Positions 40,491-49,599 of a stretch of 64,000 nt of DNA are shown here, piece after piece. Numbering within the stretch: the stretch's first letter is position 1; every line of letters starts with the position of its first letter. Origin of the DNA: Candidatus Bathyarchaeota archaeon (lineage in GTDB: Archaea > Thermoproteota > Bathyarchaeia > Bathyarchaeales > Bathycorpusculaceae). The notes below the pieces were generated by a model. It did no database searches and was not told where the DNA came from. It saw only the letters and a program-made list of their open reading frames with translations. The stretch is from positions 1,122,197-1,186,196 of the forward strand of contig CAWHXY010000004.1 of the NCBI GenBank assembly GCA_963833575.1. The letters are read 5' to 3'. Both the position numbers and the translations under genes were made by a program.

Positions 40491-41573
40491 TTGTCGATGA
40501 GTGAGAAGAGGAAGCGTTTCATTTTCCATTTAGATATGGATCATTTCTATACAGCAGTTGAAGAGCGGGAACGACCAGAAATCCATGGCAAAGCAGTAAT
40601 CGTAGGTTCTGACCCTAAAGGAGGCAAAGGCAGAGGCGTAGTTAGCACAAGCAACTACGTCGCGAGAAAATCGGGTGTCCGGTCAGCTATGCCTATTTCC
40701 CATGCTTGGCGGCTGTGTCCAGAAGCAGTTTATTTGCCGCCGAATTTTCCTCTATACATCAAGGTTTCAGAAGGAATCATGGAAATCGCACGTAGGTACG
40801 CGGATAAGTTTGAGCAGTGGGGAATTGATGAGGCTTTTTTGGATGTTACTTGCAAAGTGAAAGATTATTTTGAGGCTGAAAAATTAGCGAGACAGATTAA
40901 ATCGGAGATAAAAGAGAAAGAAGGTCTTACTGCCTCTATCGGTGTTGGGCCTAACAAGCTTGTAGCTAAGGTTGCCAGCGATTTTCAAAAACCAGACGGC
41001 TTAACAGTTGTTCGAGAGGAGGAGGTTGAGCTATTTTTGGCGCCTTTGCCTGTGCGTAAGCTATTATGGGTTGGACGTAAAACCGAGACTAAACTAAAAG
41101 AGTTAGGAGTAAGCACCATCGGAGATTTAGCAAAGTATGATGCTTCAGCTTTGACTTCAATGTTTGGAGTGATGGGTTGGCAGATGCATTTGATGGCAAA
41201 CGGCATTGACAGCGACGAGGTTGAAGAGCGTGTTGGCGTTAAGAGTGTAAGCCACGAAACAACTTTTGAGGAGGATACAGCAGATTCAACTATTATTTTT
41301 CAAGCATTAGAGGCGCTTTGCATCTCTGTTCAAAAAGAAGCCGAAAATCAGAATTTGCTCTTCAAAACAGTTACTCTGAAAATTCGTTTTGAACATTTTG
41401 AGACCCATACCAAAAGCATAACTCTACCTTTCTTAACTAACCGTCTTTATGACCTACAAAAAACCGCAAGAGGCCTACTTTCTCCCTATTTGCACAAAGA
41501 CCGGAAAGTCAGGCTTATAGGCATTAGGGTTTCAAGTTTGGTTTCGATGGAAAAGCAGAAAACGCTGCTCTAA
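40491..41573 (+). CDS. dinB: Y-family DNA polymerase IV (DinB/Dpo4)
   Basis: HLDMDHFY, SNYVAR, GIDEAFLD and NKLVAKVASDFQKPDG. Confidence 0.95.
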   Translation: MSMSEKRKRFIFHLDMDHFYTAVEERERPEIHGKAVIVGSDPKGGKGRGVVSTSNYVARKSGVRSAMPISHAWRLCPEAVYLPPNFPLYIKVSEGIMEIARRYADKFEQWGIDEAFLDVTCKVKDYFEAEKLARQIKSEIKEKEGLTASIGVGPNKLVAKVASDFQKPDGLTVVREEEVELFLAPLPVRKLLWVGRKTETKLKELGVSTIGDLAKYDASALTSMFGVMGWQMHLMANGIDSDEVEERVGVKSVSHETTFEEDTADSTIIFQALEALCISVQKEAENQNLLFKTVTLKIRFEHFETHTKSITLPFLTNRLYDLQKTARGLLSPYLHKDRKVRLIGIRVSSLVSMEKQKTLL

Positions 41574-42121
41574 GGCTCCTCAACTTTTTGTGGAACCAGA
41601 GGTTTGCCAAAAGTTTCTTCGCTAGCCACTTCACTAAGTGTTTTTCTTGAACGTATCAGATGTAACATTTTGCTTGACAAATCCACTTTTTCACGTGCAT
41701 AGCCAACTGCAAGCATTACTAGAACTTCAAAGTTGTGAGGAATCTTTAGCACCTCTTGAACATCTTTCTCGTTAAAGCTTCCCACGCAGCAGGTTCCTAA
41801 TCCTTCGCTTAGAGCTGTTAAAATCATGTTTTCTAGGGCTAATGCAACGTCGATGGCGTGCCAGTCAGGAGAACCTTTTTTGTCACCACAAGCAACAATG
41901 ACCAGAGGCGATTGCGTAAGAAACTTTGCGTACAATCCCTTAGACAACGCTTTCCTTTTTTCTTTATCAGTTACCGCAATAAAATGCCAAGGTTCAGAGT
42001 TTTTTGCTGAAGGTGCAAGTTGTCCAGCCTCCAAAATCTTCTCCAGCTTTTCTCTTTGAACAGGCTTATCTTGATAAGCACGGATGGATCTTCTTTCTTA
42101 TGTAGCCTCAAAAACATCCAT
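41570..42121 (-). pseudogene. Nitroreductase-family gene with an in-frame TAA at codon 8 (42098-42100)
   Basis: MDVFEAT*ERRSIRAYQDKPV...APSAKNSEPW; the FMN-binding RRSIR motif lies upstream of the track's ORF start. Confidence 0.8.
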
Positions 42122-42312
42122 AAGGGTTCGCATCCTAAAATAAGAGTGGATTTTACGGTATACTAGCTTATCATGGAGCAGTTTTTCTTGTTAAGTGTTT
42201 TTTCGTTTTGATTTGTCTCTTGTCCTTCTCCCAACCGACCCACCGCGTTTGCTAGAGAATCCAAATATGATAAACGAAACAAATGTCGATTGGTGGTCGA
42301 ATCACTTTTTTT

Positions 42313-42969
42313 TTACGTTTCATACTCTGAAGGATCTGTTATACCTGCTTCTTTGAAGGCTTTTTTGCGGTTTACACAGGATTCGCATTTGCCGCAGTGC
42401 TTCTGAGCGTCACGATAGCAAGACCAAGTGAACTCTAAGGGTACGCCTAGTTCAGTTCCTTTTTTGATTACTTCTGATTTTCGTTTGCCGCCAAACGGCG
42501 CTTGGATATTGATGTGCTCGCCCGTGCCCAACTGCGCCGCCTTTTCGAATGCCTCGTAGAATTCACGTCGGCAGTCAGGGTAGAAGGGTTCGTCTGAACC
42601 ATGTGCACCATAAAAGATTTTGTTAGCGCCAACCGAAACTGCGTAAGAAACCGCAACTGAGAGAAAAATCGCATTTCTGAAAGGAACTATTATGGGTTGG
42701 CTGAACTCAGAGGTTAGAGGAATGTTGTTGTTGCAGAGTGAGGTTACTTCACCAAAGACTTCTTTTAAGGCTGAGAGGTTAACGATTTTCGTTTTGCCTC
42801 CGAGGCTTTCTGCGATTTTTTCTGCCGATTTGGTTTCTTTTACGGCGATTTGCCCGTAATTGAAGGTTATTGGATAGAGGTCATAGCCCTCTTTTTTTGC
42901 CCAGTACGCCACTACGGCTGAGTCTGGCCCTCCGCTGAGAACCACTACACATTTTAGTTTTTGTGTCAT
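42313..42969 (-). CDS. queC: 7-cyano-7-deazaguanine (preQ0) synthase
   Basis: SGGPDS, FNYGQ, VPFRNAIFL, YPDCR and TWSCY..CGKCESC. Confidence 0.95.
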   Translation of the reverse strand: MTQKLKCVVVLSGGPDSAVVAYWAKKEGYDLYPITFNYGQIAVKETKSAEKIAESLGGKTKIVNLSALKEVFGEVTSLCNNNIPLTSEFSQPIIVPFRNAIFLSVAVSYAVSVGANKIFYGAHGSDEPFYPDCRREFYEAFEKAAQLGTGEHINIQAPFGGKRKSEVIKKGTELGVPLEFTWSCYRDAQKHCGKCESCVNRKKAFKEAGITDPSEYET

Positions 42970-43010
42970 TTTTCCTTACCTTTCATAATTTCAAATTCCT
43001 AACTTTTCGC

Positions 43011-43508
43011 TTAATTTGGAAACCATTTTTGGAATACAGAGTTCCTTTTCAGTAATTTGAATAATGGCCATCCGATTAGTACAGTTGCAACTAGGTTTCC
43101 TATGATGACGTAGGTTATGCTAAACGGCAGAGGTATGTTGAACGGGGCGGATAGCATCCAGCCGACTGTTATGCCTAAAACAACCGAGTACGCAGCACAG
43201 CTTCCAATAACGGTATAGTCCTTTTTTGTCCGTTTGTACAGAAAGTAGACTACAAAAGACATGGCAAATGATGGTATCGTGTTAATTAGGTCGATTGGAC
43301 CAAGTGGTGAGTATAAATTACCGACGAATACTCCAAGTGTGTGCCCCAAAACTCCAGGTAAACCCAATAATGGAATGACAGCAACCATCGAGTCAGCGAT
43401 TCGGACTTGAACAGGCCCAAAAGAGATGCCTCCGAGAACAATAACAAGCGCTGCGTAGAGTGCAGCGTACATGGCGATTAAGGCTAAATCTTTAGTTTTT
43501 ATTTTCAA
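43011..43508 (-). CDS. queT: QueT-family (COG4708) deazapurine transporter
   Basis: IAMYAALY, ISFGPVQVRIAD and GNLYSPLGPID; adjacent to queC. Confidence 0.85.
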   Translation of the reverse strand: MKIKTKDLALIAMYAALYAALVIVLGGISFGPVQVRIADSMVAVIPLLGLPGVLGHTLGVFVGNLYSPLGPIDLINTIPSFAMSFVVYFLYKRTKKDYTVIGSCAAYSVVLGITVGWMLSAPFNIPLPFSITYVIIGNLVATVLIGWPLFKLLKRNSVFQKWFPN

Positions 43509-43518
43509 GTGAAATTTG

Positions 43519-43588
43519 CCTCCCTATCCCGGGTTTTATTTATCGTTGGCGGAACGGGTAGGAGACTTCACTCACCCGCCAATTGCCC
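43519..43588 (-). promoter_or_regulatory. Candidate preQ0/preQ1 riboswitch in the queT-queC leader
   Basis: P1 UUGGCGG/CCGCCAA, A-rich linker AAAUAAAAC, loop CUCCUACCCG complementary to CGGGAUAGGGAG (covers the SD), plus a mutually exclusive inner hairpin. Confidence 0.6.
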
Positions 43589-43753
43589 TTTGAAACTTGA
43601 TAGTTGCCTAAAAAGCTTTAGTTAACATGGCGGTGGTTTTTCATAATGAGCTGCGTAGGGGCGAAATATTAATAAAGTCCTTGGAAAGATTACATGATGA
43701 TACTCCTAATGGATATTGCATTCCTCAAAACGAGTTTTAGGGAGCACAAAACT

Positions 43754-44398
43754 ATGTCACAAAATAATTCAGCTAGTCAACTAGTCCTTAAAGGAACCAC
43801 AACGATTGGCGTCGTCTGCAAAGATGGCGTAATATTAGCTTCAGATACGCGAGTAACTATGGGTTACTATGTTGCACATAAAGCTGGCAAAAAAGTCTAC
43901 AAAATCGATGACCATATAGGTATGACTATCGCTGGAACCGTTGCCGATGCACAAAGAGTAGTTGATATTCTAACAGCCAACGCGCACCTCTATAAAATAA
44001 ACATGAATCGGCCGATGCCAATTAGCTCAGCGGCAAGGCTTGTTGCTAACTTACTGTTTTCTGCACGCTACATACCTTTGGCGACACAGGTTCTAGTTGG
44101 CGGTGTAGATGATACGGGTCCACACGTGTACAATTTGGATCCGTACGGTAGCTTGACTGAGGAAAAGTCAGTTTCAACTGGTTCTGGTTCACCGATCGCT
44201 TATGGTATTCTTGAGGACAAATATCGTGAAGGCTTAACTATTGCTGAAGTGTTGCCAACGATTGCTAAAGCAGTTAATGCAGCAATGAAAAGAGACGTCG
44301 CAAGCGGCAACAGTTATAATATCATTGTAATCGACGATAATGGTTACCGCGAATTATCTGATGAAGAGAAATCGAAACTTCTCAAGGTAGGAAGCTAA
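43754..44398 (+). CDS. psmB: Proteasome beta subunit
   Basis: Propeptide followed by KG|TTTIG and GSGS; start placed at ATG 43754. Confidence 0.96.
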   Translation: MSQNNSASQLVLKGTTTIGVVCKDGVILASDTRVTMGYYVAHKAGKKVYKIDDHIGMTIAGTVADAQRVVDILTANAHLYKINMNRPMPISSAARLVANLLFSARYIPLATQVLVGGVDDTGPHVYNLDPYGSLTEEKSVSTGSGSPIAYGILEDKYREGLTIAEVLPTIAKAVNAAMKRDVASGNSYNIIVIDDNGYRELSDEEKSKLLKVGS

Positions 44399-44403
44399 AT
44401 ACT

Positions 44404-46344
44404 GTGGCTCGAAGCAATCCTGCTCGAAATCAAGATAAAGAAAAAGATAAAATAGAAATTAGCCAATTTATTTTAGAGAAAGTTCCGCGAGAGGCAGAAG
44501 TTACGAGAATTGAATATGAAGGGCCCATGCTTGCGGTTTACACTAAGAAACCCGAGATTTTGGTTGAACAAAGTGGCATCGTCGCGGAGATAGTCGGTGT
44601 AATTCGTAAGAGAATAGTAATACGTCCGGACCCCTCAGTTAGAATACCTGAAGTAGAAGCTGAAAAAATCGCTCGGGAACTGATTCCAGCTGAAGCTGAA
44701 ATTACAGACATTAATTTTGACCCAAGTCTGGGCGAAATAATTATTGAAACAAAAAAGCCTGGCTTGGTTATTGGAAGAAACGGCGCTGTTTTGCAGGAAA
44801 TTATAAAGAATACTAAGTGGCGTCCCCATGTTTTGCGCAGCCCGCCAATAAAGTCAAAGATTGTTACTCACATGCGTCATTACTTGCATTCTGAAAGTAA
44901 AGAACGAGAAAGAATCCTTCGCACCGTTGGTGAACGGATCTTTAGACCTAAAAGTTACGAGGTCGGAGACATTCGTATGACCGTTCTCGGTGGAGCACAA
45001 GAAGTGGGTCGTTCAGCATTTCTAGTTAAAACGAGGGAAAGCAGTGTTTTGCTTGATTGTGGTATTAATCCTGGTTCAAACCGTCCATTTGAATCATTTC
45101 CGAGGTTCGATTGTCCAGAATTCCAGATTGATTCATTAGATGCAGTTGTTATCAGTCATGCTCATCTTGACCACTGCGGTTTAGTGCCATTTCTCTACAA
45201 GTATGGTTATGATGGTCCAGTTTACTGTTCTGCGCCCACCTCAAATTTAATGACTATGTTGCAGTTAGATTATCTAGATGTTGCAGGCAAGCAAGGTGTT
45301 ACGCCTTATTATGACCAAAAAGACGTGCGAGAATGCGTTTTGCACACTATCCCGCTTAGATACGGTGTAGTTACTGATATTGCACCTGATATTCGTTTAA
45401 CTCTGCATAATTCAGGTCACATTTTGGGCGGTGCAATGGTTCACCTGCACATAGGCGAAGGTTTACACAATATTGTTTACACAGGCGACTATAAATTCGC
45501 CAGAACGATGCTGTTAGAAGCTGCCGCCACAGAATTCCCACGCATTGAAACGGTTATTACTGAGAGCACTTACAGCGGCGCGGACGATGTTATGCCTTCG
45601 CGACTTGAAGCTGAAGAAGCTATGACACGTGTGATCAACAAAACATTGGAACGAAAAGGTAAAGTCCTAATTCCAGTGCCCGCCGTCGGCAGAGCCCAAG
45701 AAATAATGCTTATCATCGATGGTTACATGAAACGTGGTTTAATGAAGGAAGCACCAGTTTTCATTGAAGGCATGATTAGCGAAGCCACAGCTATCCACAC
45801 AGCTTACCCCGAATATTTGGGTAGAGAAGTACGCCACAGCATCTTGCATGAAGGAATTAATCCATTTCAAAGTGACTACTTCACTATTGTCGAGCATCCA
45901 AGTGTTAGACAAAGCATTATTGAAGGAGAACCGTGTATCGTGTTAGCTACTTCAGGCATGCTTGAAGGCGGACCAGTAATCGAATATTTCAAAAATTGGG
46001 CTAACGACGAAAGGAACACAATAATTTTTGTCAGCTACCAAATTGAAGGTACGATGGGGCGAAGAGTGCAAAAAGGCGTTGGCGAAGTAACAATGATGGA
46101 TAATGAAGGCAAGATAGCCGCGCTACAGGTTAAGATGCAAAATGAATCAATTGAAGGATTTTCAGGTCACTCAGATAGGCGGCAACTGGTTAATTACTTA
46201 ACTCATCTGACGCCAAAGCCTGAACGCATATTTGTTGTGCACGGTGAAAAACAGAAGACTATGAGTTTCGCCAATTTTATGGATACGAAAATGGGCATAA
46301 ACACCGTTGTCCCAGCAATTCTCGAAACTTTTAGGCTACTTTAG
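44404..46344 (+). CDS. fttA: KH-domain beta-CASP ribonuclease aCPSF1/FttA
   Basis: Two KH domains, SHAHLDH, GHILG, YTGD, GFSGHSD and VHGE; conserved adjacency to psmB. Confidence 0.95.
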   Translation: MARSNPARNQDKEKDKIEISQFILEKVPREAEVTRIEYEGPMLAVYTKKPEILVEQSGIVAEIVGVIRKRIVIRPDPSVRIPEVEAEKIARELIPAEAEITDINFDPSLGEIIIETKKPGLVIGRNGAVLQEIIKNTKWRPHVLRSPPIKSKIVTHMRHYLHSESKERERILRTVGERIFRPKSYEVGDIRMTVLGGAQEVGRSAFLVKTRESSVLLDCGINPGSNRPFESFPRFDCPEFQIDSLDAVVISHAHLDHCGLVPFLYKYGYDGPVYCSAPTSNLMTMLQLDYLDVAGKQGVTPYYDQKDVRECVLHTIPLRYGVVTDIAPDIRLTLHNSGHILGGAMVHLHIGEGLHNIVYTGDYKFARTMLLEAAATEFPRIETVITESTYSGADDVMPSRLEAEEAMTRVINKTLERKGKVLIPVPAVGRAQEIMLIIDGYMKRGLMKEAPVFIEGMISEATAIHTAYPEYLGREVRHSILHEGINPFQSDYFTIVEHPSVRQSIIEGEPCIVLATSGMLEGGPVIEYFKNWANDERNTIIFVSYQIEGTMGRRVQKGVGEVTMMDNEGKIAALQVKMQNESIEGFSGHSDRRQLVNYLTHLTPKPERIFVVHGEKQKTMSFANFMDTKMGINTVVPAILETFRLL

Positions 46345-46861
46345 GTAACGCTTCATTAGAAATAGGCGCTGGCGACTTTTCACGCCAAATTCTTATAGTT
46401 TTCGGGCAGATAACAACTCGTTCCTCGCCTAACCGCGCAATGTCCCCGCCTATAGATTCGGTAAATTGATAGAGTTCGTTAACCGCGTTTTTAACATCTT
46501 CAATACTCTTCGTGGCAAGAGGTGTAACTCTAAGAATTATGATGTTGCCATTTTTGACTTCGTTCTCTATGTTTTCAATGTCTGTAATCTCTTTGAGTGG
46601 CATGGCTTTTAGATAGGTTTTACTCGGGGCTTCAACTACAGCTTCTGGTTTTTGTTCGGGAGGCGATACAATGGTTTCAGGTTTTTCCTCTATTGTAGGC
46701 AGAGGGTTTTCTGGAACTGGTTCCTGAACCGCAACAACTGGCTCTTGTTTTGTTTCTTCCTGAGTTGGAGCGAGAGTTTCTTGTTTTGTTTCTTCCTGAG
46801 TAGGCGCAGATGGTGTATTCTGCTCTGGTTGTTTCTTTTTGCGGAATAGATTGAACGGCAT
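46331..46861 (-). CDS. sepF: SepF-family protein with a disordered P/E/Q-rich N-terminus
   Basis: MPFNLF amphipathic start, GNIIIL and IGGDIARLGEERVVICP; start placed at ATG 46861. Confidence 0.8.
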   Translation of the reverse strand: MPFNLFRKKKQPEQNTPSAPTQEETKQETLAPTQEETKQEPVVAVQEPVPENPLPTIEEKPETIVSPPEQKPEAVVEAPSKTYLKAMPLKEITDIENIENEVKNGNIIILRVTPLATKSIEDVKNAVNELYQFTESIGGDIARLGEERVVICPKTIRIWREKSPAPISNEALPKVA

Positions 46862-47064
46862 TTTCTCTCTCAACCCCTTAATATCTATGCTTCGACAGTT
46901 AAGCGTTTCTTTATTTTCAACTCTCGACACTACCATATTTTAGGTTATTTAGCACCTAAATATTTTGCTGTACCAAACGGTAGTAAGCTTTGGCAATTTA
47001 CCATTTTTGAGGAACAAAAATTCTAGCAAAAGAAAACGGGAGTTTTTGAATTTAGCTTTCTTGA

Positions 47065-47439
47065 TTATGCAAACAGAATTATCAGATTATTCATTACTAC
47101 TATAGTGAGAAAGATTACAAGACCAACCGAAGATATTTTCAATAATCTGGAAGAGTAAACGAACGACTTTGTGCTTTTGTTTTGGGTTTTCATTAAGGCT
47201 TTGTTTGCCACAACAAAGGACAGAGCGACTATCATTGTTGCTGCAAGCTTGACCACTAAGAAGGCTCCAATGTTTGTGCTAACAATTCCCGCTAAGAAGG
47301 GGTTTAACTCAACAGCACCAGAATATAGAACTCCAATAACAGTAGTTATGCAGTCTATAGAACCCATTATTATTAGAAGTAAACTTGGAATTACCTCTGC
47401 TTTTAACATTAATCGCCTTCTCCTTTTCCTCGAAAACAA
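47065..47439 (-). CDS. Small membrane protein (DUF5658-like)
   Basis: D..TT..G..GAVELNP motif, TM helices and C-terminal NN. Confidence 0.65.
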   Translation of the reverse strand: MFSRKRRRRLMLKAEVIPSLLLIIMGSIDCITTVIGVLYSGAVELNPFLAGIVSTNIGAFLVVKLAATMIVALSFVVANKALMKTQNKSTKSFVYSSRLLKISSVGLVIFLTIVVMNNLIILFA

Positions 47440-47607
47440 TTGTTCGCTAGATGTTTATGAATCAGCTTTCGTTTTTTGATATATTCCCGATTACACAAAT
47501 AGCGTCAAATTTTAACTGTTAACTAATTATAGCAGCAAAAATAATCGTTGAATTGCGCACAAGCCTTATATTTTCAATGTTAAACCTTCTTGCTGAAGGG
47601 TTTACGT

Positions 47608-48684
47608 ATGCACAAAAAACTAATGATTCCTGGCCCAACAGAAGTCAGCCAAGAAATACTCAACGAGCAAACTCATTTGCTCATCGGTCATAGAGACAAA
47701 GAATTTTCAAACCTTTACGCTGGAATAACAGATAAACTCAGTAAATACTTTGAGTTGACCGAAAATGTAAAGCCTACCGTAACGACGTCTTCAGGTACTC
47801 TTTGGTTTGACATCGTAGGCAGAAGTATAATAAAACAAAAAGCTTTAGCCTGTATAAATGGTGCTTTTGCTCAACGTTGTGCTGAAACCCTGCGTGCATG
47901 CGGCAAAACTACTGATTTCTTAGAAGTTGAATGGGGCAAAGCAGTTAAGCCAGAAATGATAGCTGAAAAACTTGACAGCGGCGAATATGATACTTTAACT
48001 GTATGCCACAACGAATCTTCTACAGGGGTAAGAAACCCAATTAAAGAAATCGGTCAAATGGTAAGCAAGAAGTACCCGAAAGTAATTTACGCAATTGATG
48101 CAGTTTCTTCAATGGCAGGCGACAAAACCTTGCCTAGTGAAATAGGTTGCGACATTATTTTCGCTTCAAGCCAAAAATGCTTTGCTCTTCCGCCTGGATT
48201 AACCGTGGCATTAGTTAACGACCGAGCGATAGAGAGAGCCAAACAAGTTCCCAATAGAGGCACCTATACCGACTTGGTTGAAATTTTCGAATTTGAAAAG
48301 AAACATCAAACACCCTTTACCCCGTGCATACCGTTATTATACGCTTTGAACAAACGCATGGACCTTTTGCTCGCTGAAACATATGACCATGTTTATCAAC
48401 GCCATTTGGAAATGGCAAAATACACTCAGCAATGGGCAAGAAAACACTTTCAAATGTTCCCCGAATCAGGCTATGAATCCATAACGGTTAGTTGCATAAA
48501 AAACACTTTAGACAAAAATTTTAAGGAGCTTAACCAAAAGCTCGGCGAAAAAGGCTATATGATATCTAATGGTTACGGCAAACTGGCCGACAAAACCTTC
48601 CGAATTGGTCATATGGGCGAATGGAACCTGTCAGGAGTCAAAGAAGTTATAAGCTTAATTGATTCTTTTTGGGGATTAGCGTGA
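47608..48684 (+). CDS. Class V PLP aminotransferase (serine-pyruvate/phosphoserine type)
   Basis: MIPGPT, HNESSTG, DAVSS, SSQKCFALPPG and FRIGHMG. Confidence 0.9.
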   Translation: MHKKLMIPGPTEVSQEILNEQTHLLIGHRDKEFSNLYAGITDKLSKYFELTENVKPTVTTSSGTLWFDIVGRSIIKQKALACINGAFAQRCAETLRACGKTTDFLEVEWGKAVKPEMIAEKLDSGEYDTLTVCHNESSTGVRNPIKEIGQMVSKKYPKVIYAIDAVSSMAGDKTLPSEIGCDIIFASSQKCFALPPGLTVALVNDRAIERAKQVPNRGTYTDLVEIFEFEKKHQTPFTPCIPLLYALNKRMDLLLAETYDHVYQRHLEMAKYTQQWARKHFQMFPESGYESITVSCIKNTLDKNFKELNQKLGEKGYMISNGYGKLADKTFRIGHMGEWNLSGVKEVISLIDSFWGLA

Positions 48685-49589
48685 CCTTTAAAATTCTAAT
48701 AAGTGACAAGATATTCGAAGATGGCATAAGGCTACTTGAAGAAAAGGGATACCAGGTAACTCAAGGATGGGATATACCGAAAAACGAGCTTCCAAAAATT
48801 ATCTGTGATTACGACGTTTTAATTGTCAGATCTGCCACCAAAGTTAAAGGTGAACTGTTAGATAAAGCGAAGAAACTCAAAGTAATCGGGCGTGCAGGAG
48901 AAGGCTTAGACAACGTTGATTTTAAAAGAGTTAACTCCATGGGAATCATTTTGGTTAATACCCCTCATGTCTCTTACATGAGCGTTGCAGAACTAACAAT
49001 AGGTTACCTAATTGCGCTTGCAAGAAGCATTGTGCAAGGAACCGAAAGCTTGCGTGAAGGCAAATGGGAAAAAGAAAAATTAATGGGAACAGAAGTAAAC
49101 GGTAAAACCCTCGGCGTTATCGGTTGTGGCTATATTGGAAAAACAGTTGAACGCTTAGCAATAGCATTGGGTATGCATGTCCTTCCAGTTGAAGAATGCG
49201 TCTATGACCGTTTTGTACCGCTTGCCGAAATGCTGCCGCGAGCAGACTTCATCACAATTCATGTCCCCTTAACGCCTCACACTAGACACATGATTTCAAC
49301 AAAAGAATTCAGCTTAATGAAAGACGGGGTGATGTTGATTGACTGCTCCCGCGGCGGAGTTGTTGACCAAGAGGCATTATACCACGCTTTAATTTCGGGA
49401 AAAGTTAAAGGCGCTGCAATTGACGTTTTCGAAGAAGAACCGCCCAAAAACGCTAAATTATTAACACTAAACAACGTTATTGCGACACCACATATGGGTG
49501 CTCAAACATATGAAGCCCAGCTAAAAGCAAGTATACAAGTAGCTAAAACTGTTATTGAAGCGTTGGAAAAAATAGCAAAAACATCTTGA
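48681..49589 (+). CDS. serA: D-3-phosphoglycerate dehydrogenase-like 2-hydroxyacid dehydrogenase without ACT domain
   Basis: VRSATKV, GCGYIG, HVPL, SRGG and TPHMGAQT; GTGA overlap with the upstream stop. Confidence 0.8.
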   Translation: MTFKILISDKIFEDGIRLLEEKGYQVTQGWDIPKNELPKIICDYDVLIVRSATKVKGELLDKAKKLKVIGRAGEGLDNVDFKRVNSMGIILVNTPHVSYMSVAELTIGYLIALARSIVQGTESLREGKWEKEKLMGTEVNGKTLGVIGCGYIGKTVERLAIALGMHVLPVEECVYDRFVPLAEMLPRADFITIHVPLTPHTRHMISTKEFSLMKDGVMLIDCSRGGVVDQEALYHALISGKVKGAAIDVFEEEPPKNAKLLTLNNVIATPHMGAQTYEAQLKASIQVAKTVIEALEKIAKTS

Positions 49590-49599
49590 GCTGAAACAC

